Shown one piece after another: positions 18,774 to 27,600 of a DNA stretch of 64,000 bases. Below the pieces are notes generated by a model. The model was not told the DNA's origin. It was given only the letters and a program-made list of their open reading frames with translations, and ran no database searches. Numbering within the stretch: the stretch's first letter is position 1; every line of letters starts with the position of its first letter. The stretch is from NCBI GenBank assembly GCA_016788565.1, contig JAEUSP010000064.1:289-64288 (forward strand). The letters run 5' to 3'. This stretch comes from Chlorobiota bacterium. Its GTDB lineage: Bacteria; Bacteroidota; Ignavibacteria; OLB7. The position numbers and the translations under genes are program-made.

Positions 18774-19997
18774 ATGAGTTCAGAGTCTGCAGATAAGACT
18801 ACAATACCGACGCAGATTTTTTTCACTACTCACATCCACACCATAACCACCACACGATTGCTGCGCATTGCTACCATCTGTTTTTCGGGAACTGTTGGCG
18901 GGCTTGAGCTTGCAACGCTTCGGCGTGCGGCGGAGCTTCAGGGAAATGGGCATCATGTCATCTCTATTTTGCCCAACTCCGCTGCAATTCTTGAACAGGC
19001 AAAGCGATTAGGAATCACCGCTACGGCTATCACACCACGCTTCTCCTATCTTGATATCCTTGCTGCGCGGAAGTTGCGTAAAATTTTAGACCGTGAGGAA
19101 ATAGACCTGCTGCTGGTTGCCCGAACTCGTGATCTAAGCACAGCAATGTTAGCTGCTGGCACCGGACGTGCGGTGGTGCTGTACCAACAAATGCAGTTTG
19201 GACAACGCAAAAAAGATGTATTTCACAATTGGGTGTATCGCCGCTTGGATGGATGTGTGGGAATTACTCACCGCCAGCGTGACCAGTTTATTCGATTAAC
19301 AAACTTAGCCCCAGAAAAAATCTCCGTTGTTCCATACGGGATACATGCGGATCATTTTTCACCGACGGTTATTCCTGCATCGGCTGCACGCGCAGAAATG
19401 GGCATACCCGACACTGCATTTTTAGTGGGAATTGTTGGTGGCTTTAATCCGGGAAAAGGGCAGCGGGAATTTCTTGAAGGGGTGAGGCTTGCTTGGCAGG
19501 AAGCCCCCAGCATCCGTGAACATTTATGGGCTGTCCTGGTTGGCGAGCGACCAACGGACGTTGGCCAATACACAACCGATCTGCGCGCCTTGCGTGACTC
19601 ACTCCCTTTCCGTGAGCGAGTACTTTTCCGCCCTTTTCTTAACGACCCCCGAACCGCCTACGCAGGTTTAGATGTATTTATCCTTGCTTCCCACTCCGAA
19701 ACGTTTGGCATGGTGCTGCAGGAAGCAATGGCGATGGGGGTTGCCTGCATCGGAACCGACGCGGGCGGCGTGCCGGAAATTATTGCCCACGAAGAGCGCG
19801 GGTTGCTGATTGCGCCGAATAACCCAAAAGCGATTGCCGATGCAATGTTGCGGCTATTTCACAATCCAGAGCTTCGCCAAACGCTTGCGGCAAATGCGCG
19901 GCAGTTTGTGCTGCGGGCGTATGATTCCCAAAAGCAGTATGTGGCGTTTCAAGAAGCGCTGGAGCAAGCCGCAGCAAGAAGAATCAAACGCCGGTAA
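18774..19997 (+). CDS. Glycosyltransferase family 4 (GT-B, group 1)
   Basis: C-terminal 'SETFGMVLQEAMAMGVACIGTDAGGVPEII' is the E-x7-E region. The N-terminal domain is 'GGLE'-type. The true start may lie downstream of 18774. Confidence 0.7.
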   Translation: MSSESADKTTIPTQIFFTTHIHTITTTRLLRIATICFSGTVGGLELATLRRAAELQGNGHHVISILPNSAAILEQAKRLGITATAITPRFSYLDILAARKLRKILDREEIDLLLVARTRDLSTAMLAAGTGRAVVLYQQMQFGQRKKDVFHNWVYRRLDGCVGITHRQRDQFIRLTNLAPEKISVVPYGIHADHFSPTVIPASAARAEMGIPDTAFLVGIVGGFNPGKGQREFLEGVRLAWQEAPSIREHLWAVLVGERPTDVGQYTTDLRALRDSLPFRERVLFRPFLNDPRTAYAGLDVFILASHSETFGMVLQEAMAMGVACIGTDAGGVPEIIAHEERGLLIAPNNPKAIADAMLRLFHNPELRQTLAANARQFVLRAYDSQKQYVAFQEALEQAAARRIKRR

Positions 19998-20003
19998 ATA
20001 GAT

Positions 20004-21599
20004 TTACTTCCCCCCCGCCACTGGCTGGCGATTGGCCGGATCAAACGGATTGATTGGCATTGGTGTGGAAGCTGTGATGATCCAGATAGCTGAAACTTGC
20101 CGCTCCTTCGCATCATTCGCTAACACTTCTGCAGATAGGTGAGCTTCCCGCAACATCGTTCCGGTGATTGTTGCGCCGTTTCCGCCGCTGGCGGCAAGGG
20201 TGATGCTTCCCTGACCTGCCGGAATTGCAACGTCGCGCAGCCGATAAACGTGATGCCGCTTGCCAAGCTCGGTTGTGGCCAGCACCTCCAGATCAACCGT
20301 GATCGGTTTGCTGGGGTTCTCAACGGTCAAGGTCGGATGCGCCGTTCCCAGCCCTGCAAACCGTAGCCGTGCGGTTGCGCCACCTTCGCGGCAATCCACC
20401 CTGACGTATCCTTCCGGCCCACCAATCGCCATCCCGGCTCCATCCGTTCCCGAATTGAACTCCATTTCTGCCGAGGGCATCGCGCCGCTGTAGAAATATC
20501 CTTCAAACCGCTCCGGCATTTGCGCCGGAACATTCCCGAAGTTGAACCAGGGACTCACCTTCCCAAGCCCGGTGGCCGGGTTCCAATCAATCTGCTTGGT
20601 TCCTTCAACAAACAAGTGGCGACCATTGCCATCGCGAAGCTGAGTGATGCCAACATCGCGGCTTCCCCCTTTGCCCCAAATGAAGACTTTCAGCAGGAGT
20701 GTGGGAAGGCTAAGGCCCATCGAGGAAGGGGTGCGGCCGGTGGGGCCGGCAACCGAAAGTGGAAGCACTACCAGATGCCCTTCGCCAAGCGGGCTTCCGG
20801 CAACGCCATCATCGCCATCGGTTGGCCAGGGGGACATTTTTCCCGCCATCAGGAAGCTCCAGTTGGAGCCGCTGCGTTGGATGAAATTGCTTTGGCTAGT
20901 GTACCACCCCCGGTGGTTTGCGGAAGTATCGGCCCAGATTCGGTTGGGATCCACCACCCAGATTTTTTCGTTGCCCGGGCTTCCGGTAACGTCGTAGGCA
21001 ATCATCGTGTGGCCGCCTTCCTGCGGGTTCCACCCTTTGGTGACGCACACCAGATACGGGCCTTCGCGGCCAATAGTCTCGCGCGAGAGTGTCACCCCGT
21101 AGCTGGCATCTTGCGAGTGGCCCGAGTGTGCTTGCTCGATGTACTCTTGAATGCACGCCAGCGATAATTGGTGGCCGTGCATGATGTTGATTGCAGTGTT
21201 CAAATCGGGATCGCTGGGGCCTGGCCCCGAGCCTGAGCCAACGTATTTGATTGGCGGCGCGCAGTAGCCCAAGTAGCCGCCATACTTGTCCATCATCAGG
21301 CTAAGGCAGCTCATCCCGTAGCAGTTTCCTGCCCCGTTCCCTGTCCCGCCGGGGTCGGGAAGTGTGGTTTTGAACGCGGCTTCGTAGAATAGCTTGTCGA
21401 ACGTGGCCGACAACCAGGAACCGTTGGAATCGGGGGGGATGCCGTAGTAGCTGCGGGCGTAGATATGCCAGCCGAACATCGGCGTGGTGTAATTCTCGAA
21501 GCCCCAGCCGTACCTCTCGGCCGCATGCTGCGCGTTCCCCGCAATCGAAGCCACCAGCAGCAGTGCTGCCGAGCAGGATAGTATGCGTGGTATTATCAT
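20004..21599 (-). CDS. Secreted protein with a papain-like (C1/transglutaminase-like) Cys/His catalytic-core signature; putative cysteine peptidase
   Basis: Signal peptide (MIIPRILSCSAALLLVASIAGNAQ). 'GAGNCYGMSCLSLM' is a nucleophile-Cys-like motif and 'GGHTMIAYDV' a His-like motif. Confidence 0.4.
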   Translation of the reverse strand: MIIPRILSCSAALLLVASIAGNAQHAAERYGWGFENYTTPMFGWHIYARSYYGIPPDSNGSWLSATFDKLFYEAAFKTTLPDPGGTGNGAGNCYGMSCLSLMMDKYGGYLGYCAPPIKYVGSGSGPGPSDPDLNTAINIMHGHQLSLACIQEYIEQAHSGHSQDASYGVTLSRETIGREGPYLVCVTKGWNPQEGGHTMIAYDVTGSPGNEKIWVVDPNRIWADTSANHRGWYTSQSNFIQRSGSNWSFLMAGKMSPWPTDGDDGVAGSPLGEGHLVVLPLSVAGPTGRTPSSMGLSLPTLLLKVFIWGKGGSRDVGITQLRDGNGRHLFVEGTKQIDWNPATGLGKVSPWFNFGNVPAQMPERFEGYFYSGAMPSAEMEFNSGTDGAGMAIGGPEGYVRVDCREGGATARLRFAGLGTAHPTLTVENPSKPITVDLEVLATTELGKRHHVYRLRDVAIPAGQGSITLAASGGNGATITGTMLREAHLSAEVLANDAKERQVSAIWIITASTPMPINPFDPANRQPVAGGK

Positions 21600-21710
21600 C
21601 GGCTTGTTGTTGTTAGTTCATGGTTCGTTGCAAAGAAACGATTGCGGATATTCTTCTTCGTTTGGCATTCCACTGACTGGTGGATTGTGGTCATTAGTCA
21701 TTAGTCATTA

Positions 21711-22087
21711 GTCAGTGGTCAGTGGTCAGTGGCAAGAACACATTCGCCATTTCGGCGGCTGTGCCATTCCCGACTCCCTCACTCTTCCTCATTCGACATT
21801 CGACAGTCAGTGGTCAGTGGCAAGAGCACATTCGCCATTTGACATTCGGCGGCTGTGCCATTCCCGACTCCCTCACTCTTCCTCATTCGACATTCGACAG
21901 TCAGTGGTCAGTGGCAAGAGCACATTCGCCATTTGACATTCGGCGGCTGCGCTATTCCCGACTCCCTCACTCTTCCTCATTCGACATTCGACAGTCAGTG
22001 GTCAGTGGCAAGAGCACATTCGCCATTTGACATTCGGCGGCTGCGCCATTCCCGACTCCCTCACTCTTCCTCATTCGACATTCGACA
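21711..22087. repeat. Tandem array, 4 copies of a 94-bp unit (first copy 96 bp and slightly divergent)
   Basis: The unit 'gtcagtggtcagtggcaagagcacattcgccatttgacattcggcggctg(t/c)gc(c/t)attcccgactccctcactcttcctcattcgacattcgaca' repeats head-to-tail at 21806, 21900 and 21994. The period is not a multiple of 3, which explains the frame-hopping pseudo-ORFs 21715..21936, 21722..22030 and 21855..22286. Confidence 0.85.
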
Positions 22088-22101
22088 TTCGGCATTTCCC
22101 C

Positions 22102-24570
22102 CTACGGGTGCGTCGCGCTTCGTGGTTGGGAGAGTTGCGAGAGCGAGCCGTCGTTGCGGAGGATTGCCACACGGTACCAGTAGGTCCGGTTCCGCGCCAC
22201 CGAGCGATCCGCAAACTCCCCCACCTTCACCACATTCTCCAGTTGGAAATAGCTCCCATCCTCGGTGTTGCTGCGGAAGACAATGAAGCCCCGCATCCGT
22301 GTGGCATCGTAGGCGGGCGACCACTGCACTTGCAACGCGCATGGCCCTTCGGTTGGGGTGATGGAGTTGATTGCCGGAGCATCCTCACGGTTCGATTTGA
22401 ACGTGAACGTGCTGATTGCCAGCGCGCTATCCCGCACCGATTCGTTCCCGTTTTTGTCAATGCCCAGCACCCGATACCAGTAGGTTGCTTTGGGGTTCAC
22501 CTTGTAATCCATGAACGTGCCAGCACTCATGTAGCTTTGGCTGCTGAGCGGAATGGAGTCGCAGACGGGAATTGCGGGCGGGGTGTAAGGGCTGGTGAGG
22601 ATTGCACCCACCAACGGTGGCGGAACAACCGTGCGCCCACCAACAAAGGTGTAGGTTCCGGTGCGGCTTTCGGAACGATAGACGTGGTAAGCCGCGATGT
22701 CCTGGACCGGCGGGCCAATCCACTCCACACGCACCGCGCTATCGCGGGCGTACAGGCCGCTGATGATTGCTGGCTCGGGCGGGGTTTTGTCGCGCAGGCG
22801 TTCGCACACCACAATCTCCTTCGTCAAATCCGGAACTGGCCACGCGCCGCTGATGTTCTGCGAGTGATCTTGCGCTTTCACCAAGTAGGCGTAGCAGAGT
22901 GGCGAGCCTTCGGGGACGGTGTAGTCGTCGAAGTAGGTGATGTTGCCGGTTGCGCGGTTGCGGGCATCGGTGTGGGAAATTTGCCCCACCAGCACAAACG
23001 GCCCGCCGCAATCGCTTGGCTTGTACGGGTTCTTATCCTTGTCGCCGTTTGGGTTTGGCTGGGTGTGCGTTGGTTTTCCGGCGGGCGTTTTGCCACGGGT
23101 GGTGTCGGGGCAGGGAATCCAATCGCCGTAATCGCACAGGGCGCGGTAAATCAGGTAGCCATCAATGTCGCAGTCATCGTTCAGTTCCCACTTCACCCTG
23201 ATGAACTTCTCCTCCCCCTGGGCTGTTGTTCCTTTCACGTTGTTCGGGCGGGTGGTGTCCTTCAGTGCCGCGCCCACCGCTGCCGAGCGTTTGCTGACAA
23301 GGTTTGCCGAGTCAATCGCTTCCACACGGAAGAACCAGCTTTTGTCGCCGCAGTCGCTCCGAAGCCCTGCAGAGCTATCCCCCTTCACCACAAACTGCGT
23401 GGAGTCGGTTGGGTGGTTCACCGTGCCAACCAGCACCGCCCCCACGTTCGGGTTTTCGGCATCTTCGTACCGATAGACTCGGTACGATTTTGTCTTCTCG
23501 CTGTGCCCCTGCTCATCGCGGATCACCTTTGGCCAGGTGATGCGGAAGCTGCTGGAAGTATCCACTGCCGTAACGATTATCCCGGTTGGTGTGGCCGGCG
23601 GGGTGCTATCCACCGGAACTCCATTGACCACCACCGAGAACGAACCTTCGTTCCCCAAGATGTCGCGATGCTTCACCTTGTAGTAGTAGGTCTTGCCGTT
23701 TTCTGGCCCCAAGAATGTTCCGGCCACGCCCGGGATGGAGATGGAAACCGGGTTCCCAGCCGAATCCCAGCGGGTGTAGTCGGTGAAGCCGTGTGCCGCG
23801 GGCGAGACTGATTGCTCCAGAATGTTGGTATCAATATCGCTGCTGATGGTTGCCTCGTTCACCCGACGATAAATGCCAGCCGCAAGATTGGAGCGATAGA
23901 CATTGAACCCGGCGAACCGTGGCGCAGGCTTGTTCCAAAGGATTTGCAGCTTGCGATCGCCAGCCACCACGCCACGCATGGATGGAGTTGGAATCGCCCC
24001 CGGCACACCGGCGGTGATCGTGATATCGCTGGCCCCGGTTGCCGGAAGCACCGTCCCACCGGCGTTCACCCGGCGGACTTGGTACTGGTAGATGGTTCCC
24101 GCAACCATGCTGTTATCCACCCATGCAACCCCCATCACCCGTGCAATCGCGGGGCGGGCGCGGGCAAGAAGCATCCCTTTGTTCCACCCTGCCGAGCCTT
24201 GCGCGTAGCCAGCAACCGCGCAGACGTTACCGAGCGGGGCTTTGGTGGCGGTGTCGGCAAAGGCGTTGGCAAGGTAGTTCCAATCAACCGAGCCTGAAGG
24301 GATGATGGTTTGGAACTGCGGGCAGTTGGTGATGGGCGCAATCGGCGTGGCATTCAGCGGCGCGGCGGGGTACGTTGCGTCGGCGGCCAGCTTCCGGTAG
24401 ATATTGTAGCGATAAACGGCCGTGGTGTCCGCCGGCCATGTCAGGAACACCTGCAGTGGGGCCGCAGTGGTGTAGCCTTCCAACGCCTGCGAGCGGGCCG
24501 GGCTGGGAAACAGAAGGAGGAGGAGAACAACGATTGTTCCCAGATTTATCCAAACCGCACTGTTTCCCAT
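22102..24570 (-). CDS. Secreted protein with multiple fibronectin type III-like domains
   Basis: Signal peptide from the internal Met (MGNSAVWINLGTIVVLLLLLFPSPARSQA). Repeated FN3-like 'L.V.W..P......GY.VYRS...G.Y' modules. Confidence 0.6.
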   Translation of the reverse strand: MGNSAVWINLGTIVVLLLLLFPSPARSQALEGYTTAAPLQVFLTWPADTTAVYRYNIYRKLAADATYPAAPLNATPIAPITNCPQFQTIIPSGSVDWNYLANAFADTATKAPLGNVCAVAGYAQGSAGWNKGMLLARARPAIARVMGVAWVDNSMVAGTIYQYQVRRVNAGGTVLPATGASDITITAGVPGAIPTPSMRGVVAGDRKLQILWNKPAPRFAGFNVYRSNLAAGIYRRVNEATISSDIDTNILEQSVSPAAHGFTDYTRWDSAGNPVSISIPGVAGTFLGPENGKTYYYKVKHRDILGNEGSFSVVVNGVPVDSTPPATPTGIIVTAVDTSSSFRITWPKVIRDEQGHSEKTKSYRVYRYEDAENPNVGAVLVGTVNHPTDSTQFVVKGDSSAGLRSDCGDKSWFFRVEAIDSANLVSKRSAAVGAALKDTTRPNNVKGTTAQGEEKFIRVKWELNDDCDIDGYLIYRALCDYGDWIPCPDTTRGKTPAGKPTHTQPNPNGDKDKNPYKPSDCGGPFVLVGQISHTDARNRATGNITYFDDYTVPEGSPLCYAYLVKAQDHSQNISGAWPVPDLTKEIVVCERLRDKTPPEPAIISGLYARDSAVRVEWIGPPVQDIAAYHVYRSESRTGTYTFVGGRTVVPPPLVGAILTSPYTPPAIPVCDSIPLSSQSYMSAGTFMDYKVNPKATYWYRVLGIDKNGNESVRDSALAISTFTFKSNREDAPAINSITPTEGPCALQVQWSPAYDATRMRGFIVFRSNTEDGSYFQLENVVKVGEFADRSVARNRTYWYRVAILRNDGSLSQLSQPRSATHP

Positions 24571-24627
24571 GCAGGTGTTTTTTATCGTTCTTTCAGTCTT
24601 GTTCATTGGCATCTCCTGTGTGTGAAA

Positions 24628-27600
24628 TCAGTGCATGTAGAATCCATCGGTTCGGTTGTAGCCGCAGGTGATATCTACGCTGCCGCAGAGCACCCAAAGC
24701 ACACACCCTTCCAGGCCAATCGTCCCTTCAAACGCCGGCGGGATGGCCCCGGTGAACTGCAAGTTCCCCCAAGCCGCCGCGCTGACAAGCCCACCAAGAA
24801 TTTCCCCCCAAATCCGCACGCCAACGTTCCCAACAAAGTACGGGAAGGCAAGCCCGGGGACTGATGTCCCGCCGATGAACGGGGAATCGTGGACGAACGC
24901 CCCTATGCCGACGTACAACTGGAATCCACCGGAAGCAAGGAAATAGAAACTGACGGAAGCCTCAACATTCAGGAATGCGTAGAACCCGGTAAGCCGCCCT
25001 GGCAAGCCACCTTTGTTCAGGCCAAACCGCCCGTTGATTCCATCCATCACCCACACCCGTTCTTTGGGAACGTTGTGGCCAAAGAAAATTCCGGTTTGCG
25101 CGCCAAGCCCCCCCAAGTATCCCCAAATCCTGACGGCCACCCGCCCCTGCACCGACTGGTAGTCGGTCCCCAAATGCCAATCGAACTCACCCTCACCTTC
25201 CACTCCCGCAATCACCGCCCCCAAATTGACCGTTCCCCGGAAGTAGCCTTCGGCAAAAATTTCTTCGCCACGCTCAACGGTGAACGATGCCAGCCCGGTG
25301 ACCTCAAGATCAACCGCGCCAACGTTCACGAACATTGCGCCGTTGGCCTCCATCACAAACCGGGTGGGTGAGTAGCTCATAATCATGCTGACCATGTTCC
25401 CACCACGCGCGGCAATGCTGAAGCCAATCCCCAGGCTGCTGGAGATTTCCCCGCCAAGCGCAATTTTTTCCAGCGATTCCCCCACAATGCAGCCGCACCC
25501 CCAGATATTCCCCATTGCCGACATCTGCGCCACCGGGCCAAGCGCAAAAGTGTGCGCGCTTTCCTCCATCACCCGGAAGCAAATCCCTTCGGCGGCGATG
25601 TCAATGGTGGAGTACATCCCGCCGGTGATGTTGAACAGGCTGACCTCCCCCGCTCCGAAAAATCCGTCCTGGCGATCCACGTGGTAGCGGATGCTGTCGT
25701 ACTCCAAGTTGGCGATTCCATCACCCCAGTTCCGTTGCCATTCCAGCTGGCTGGGGGGCGCGCCCATGTAGGTGGTGTCCAGCACCCGCACGTAGCGTCC
25801 GTTGAACGGGTTGTTCAGCTTGGCCGACTTGTAGTCAACGATGGAAAGCCGTTTGGAGCCGAAGAAGTTGATGGCCACCGAGCCATACGCCAAAATGTGG
25901 CCGCTGTCGCTGGGGATGTACGGCGAGAGTTTTACCAGTTCGGGCGAGAATCCAAACCGGTCGAACTTCTGGCCGACGCTGTTGTAGTCGAACGCCAACC
26001 GCCCCATGTTTCCGCTGGCTTTCATCTCACCCCAAACCAAGTAGAACGGTTTTGCGAAGTGGCGCGGCTCGTTGAACCCAGCCGCCGTCAGGTAGATCAC
26101 CCCCAGCTTCACGCAAAGGATTCCCGCCGATTTTGTTGGGTCCTTCGGGACCAAACCAACGCCCCAGTAGGCCATGGTGTCCGGCTGCGAAAGATCTACC
26201 TGGCCACCAGCACACTCGGCGGTGGAGGTGAACATCATCTGCTTGAACGCAATCTCGGCATCAACCGGCATCGGCAGCTTCACCGACCCCATCAGCTCGC
26301 TGTACCACATCGCACTTTCCACAAACTGAAGCCGAACCAGCTTGTTGGTCTGGTCTTTCTTTTTGGGGTCGAACCCAAAGGTGGTTTTGAACGGAGCTTC
26401 GCCGGCGTAGGCGGGTCCGGTTTCCCACACTGGCCCCATCTCCACTTCCCCCATCCTATCTTTCTGCAGGCGGAGGAGTACCTCGGTATGCACACCGGTT
26501 CGGGCAACGTTCATCCAAATTTTCACAACGGTTTCGGCGGGGAACTTCAGTCCGTCGGTTGGGTTTGGGCGGTCGCGCGTGGCAATCATCAGCGGCACGT
26601 TGGCGATGCTGGGGATTGTCACCCCTTGCAGTCGCTGGGTTTCCAGCTGGGCGGTTGCCGGGGCAAACAGTGGCGTGGTAAAGGTGGTGTCGGCCAGTGG
26701 GTAGAACGGCGGCATCCACCGCGCACCCAAGTAAAAATGGGCGGGGACATCGGTGGATGATCCGGTAATCAAGTAGTAGCGTTTTGGGCTGCTGGGCTTG
26801 TTGCTGTACTCACCCCAGGCCAGATTATCCTTCACCGTCAAGTCCGCAAACTGGTCCTGGTCGGCTTGGATTTTTAGCGTGATGTTGTGCACATCTACAC
26901 GGTTCATGCTGCTTTCCGCAGTGCTGATTGCCACGCGCGGAAGCCGCATACTGACGTTGTTGAACTCACCATTCTCGATAGCACTTTTTGCCACGCGAAG
27001 GTAGCCGCCACCGGTTAGGTTAATCTGGTAGCCGAATGGGTCCAGCGCGTGATAGACAAACGCTCCCCCCATGTTCATCCGCGCCGCAAACCCGCTTCCG
27101 GTAATCAGCCCGTTGACGAACGTGTATTTCGCCTGCACATATCCCCGATTGCTGATAACTGAGTCGGAAGGGGAATCGGGTGTGGTTCCGGCGTTCAGCA
27201 CCACCCCTTTCCAGGATGCTGCCAACGGCGGCATTGGCCCGGCGGGGGATTGCGCTGCGGAGAAATCCACGGTGTAGCCTTTCCCATAAACAAGCAACCC
27301 GGTTTCGCCGATATGCCACCGCCCGTAGTCGGCACTGGCAATTTCTTGGTAGAACTCACAGGTGGAGGTGATGGTGGTGGTTGGGAACGGGACCCGCGCA
27401 CGGGTGCAGGTGTCGTTGCTGATGATGCTGGTTGGCAGCAACACCGCCCCTTTCACGCTGGCCGATGCTGGGCGAATAATCAGCGAATCAATGGCAAGCG
27501 TGAACGCGCTGTCCAGCGTGATTTCCGCTGGCGGGGTTGGGATTGGTGAGGAGGATGGATAGATGGCGATGCCGTCGGTCAGCACCTCGGTCCGCTGCGT

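Noticed and set aside
21711-22087. Possible CRISPR array
   Set aside because: Repeat units are contiguous with no unique spacers, the unit is too long (94 bp), and there are no cas genes nearby.
21715-22286. Three overlapping ORFs (73, 102 and 143 aa) with the repeated peptide 'SGQWQEHIRHLTFGGCAIPDSLTLPHSTFD'
   Set aside because: They are produced by the 94-bp tandem array. The period is not a multiple of 3, so the same peptide appears in shifting frames, and the region is intergenic.
22027-23811. 594-aa plus-strand ORF opposite the FN3 protein gene, and the similar 25552..26760+, 33974..35110+, 41845..42570+ and 60857..61900+ ORFs
   Set aside because: The opposite strands encode proteins with signal peptides and recognisable domains (FN3, beta-helix, glycanase). 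These ORFs have Arg/His/Pro/Gly-rich antisense-type composition and no motifs.
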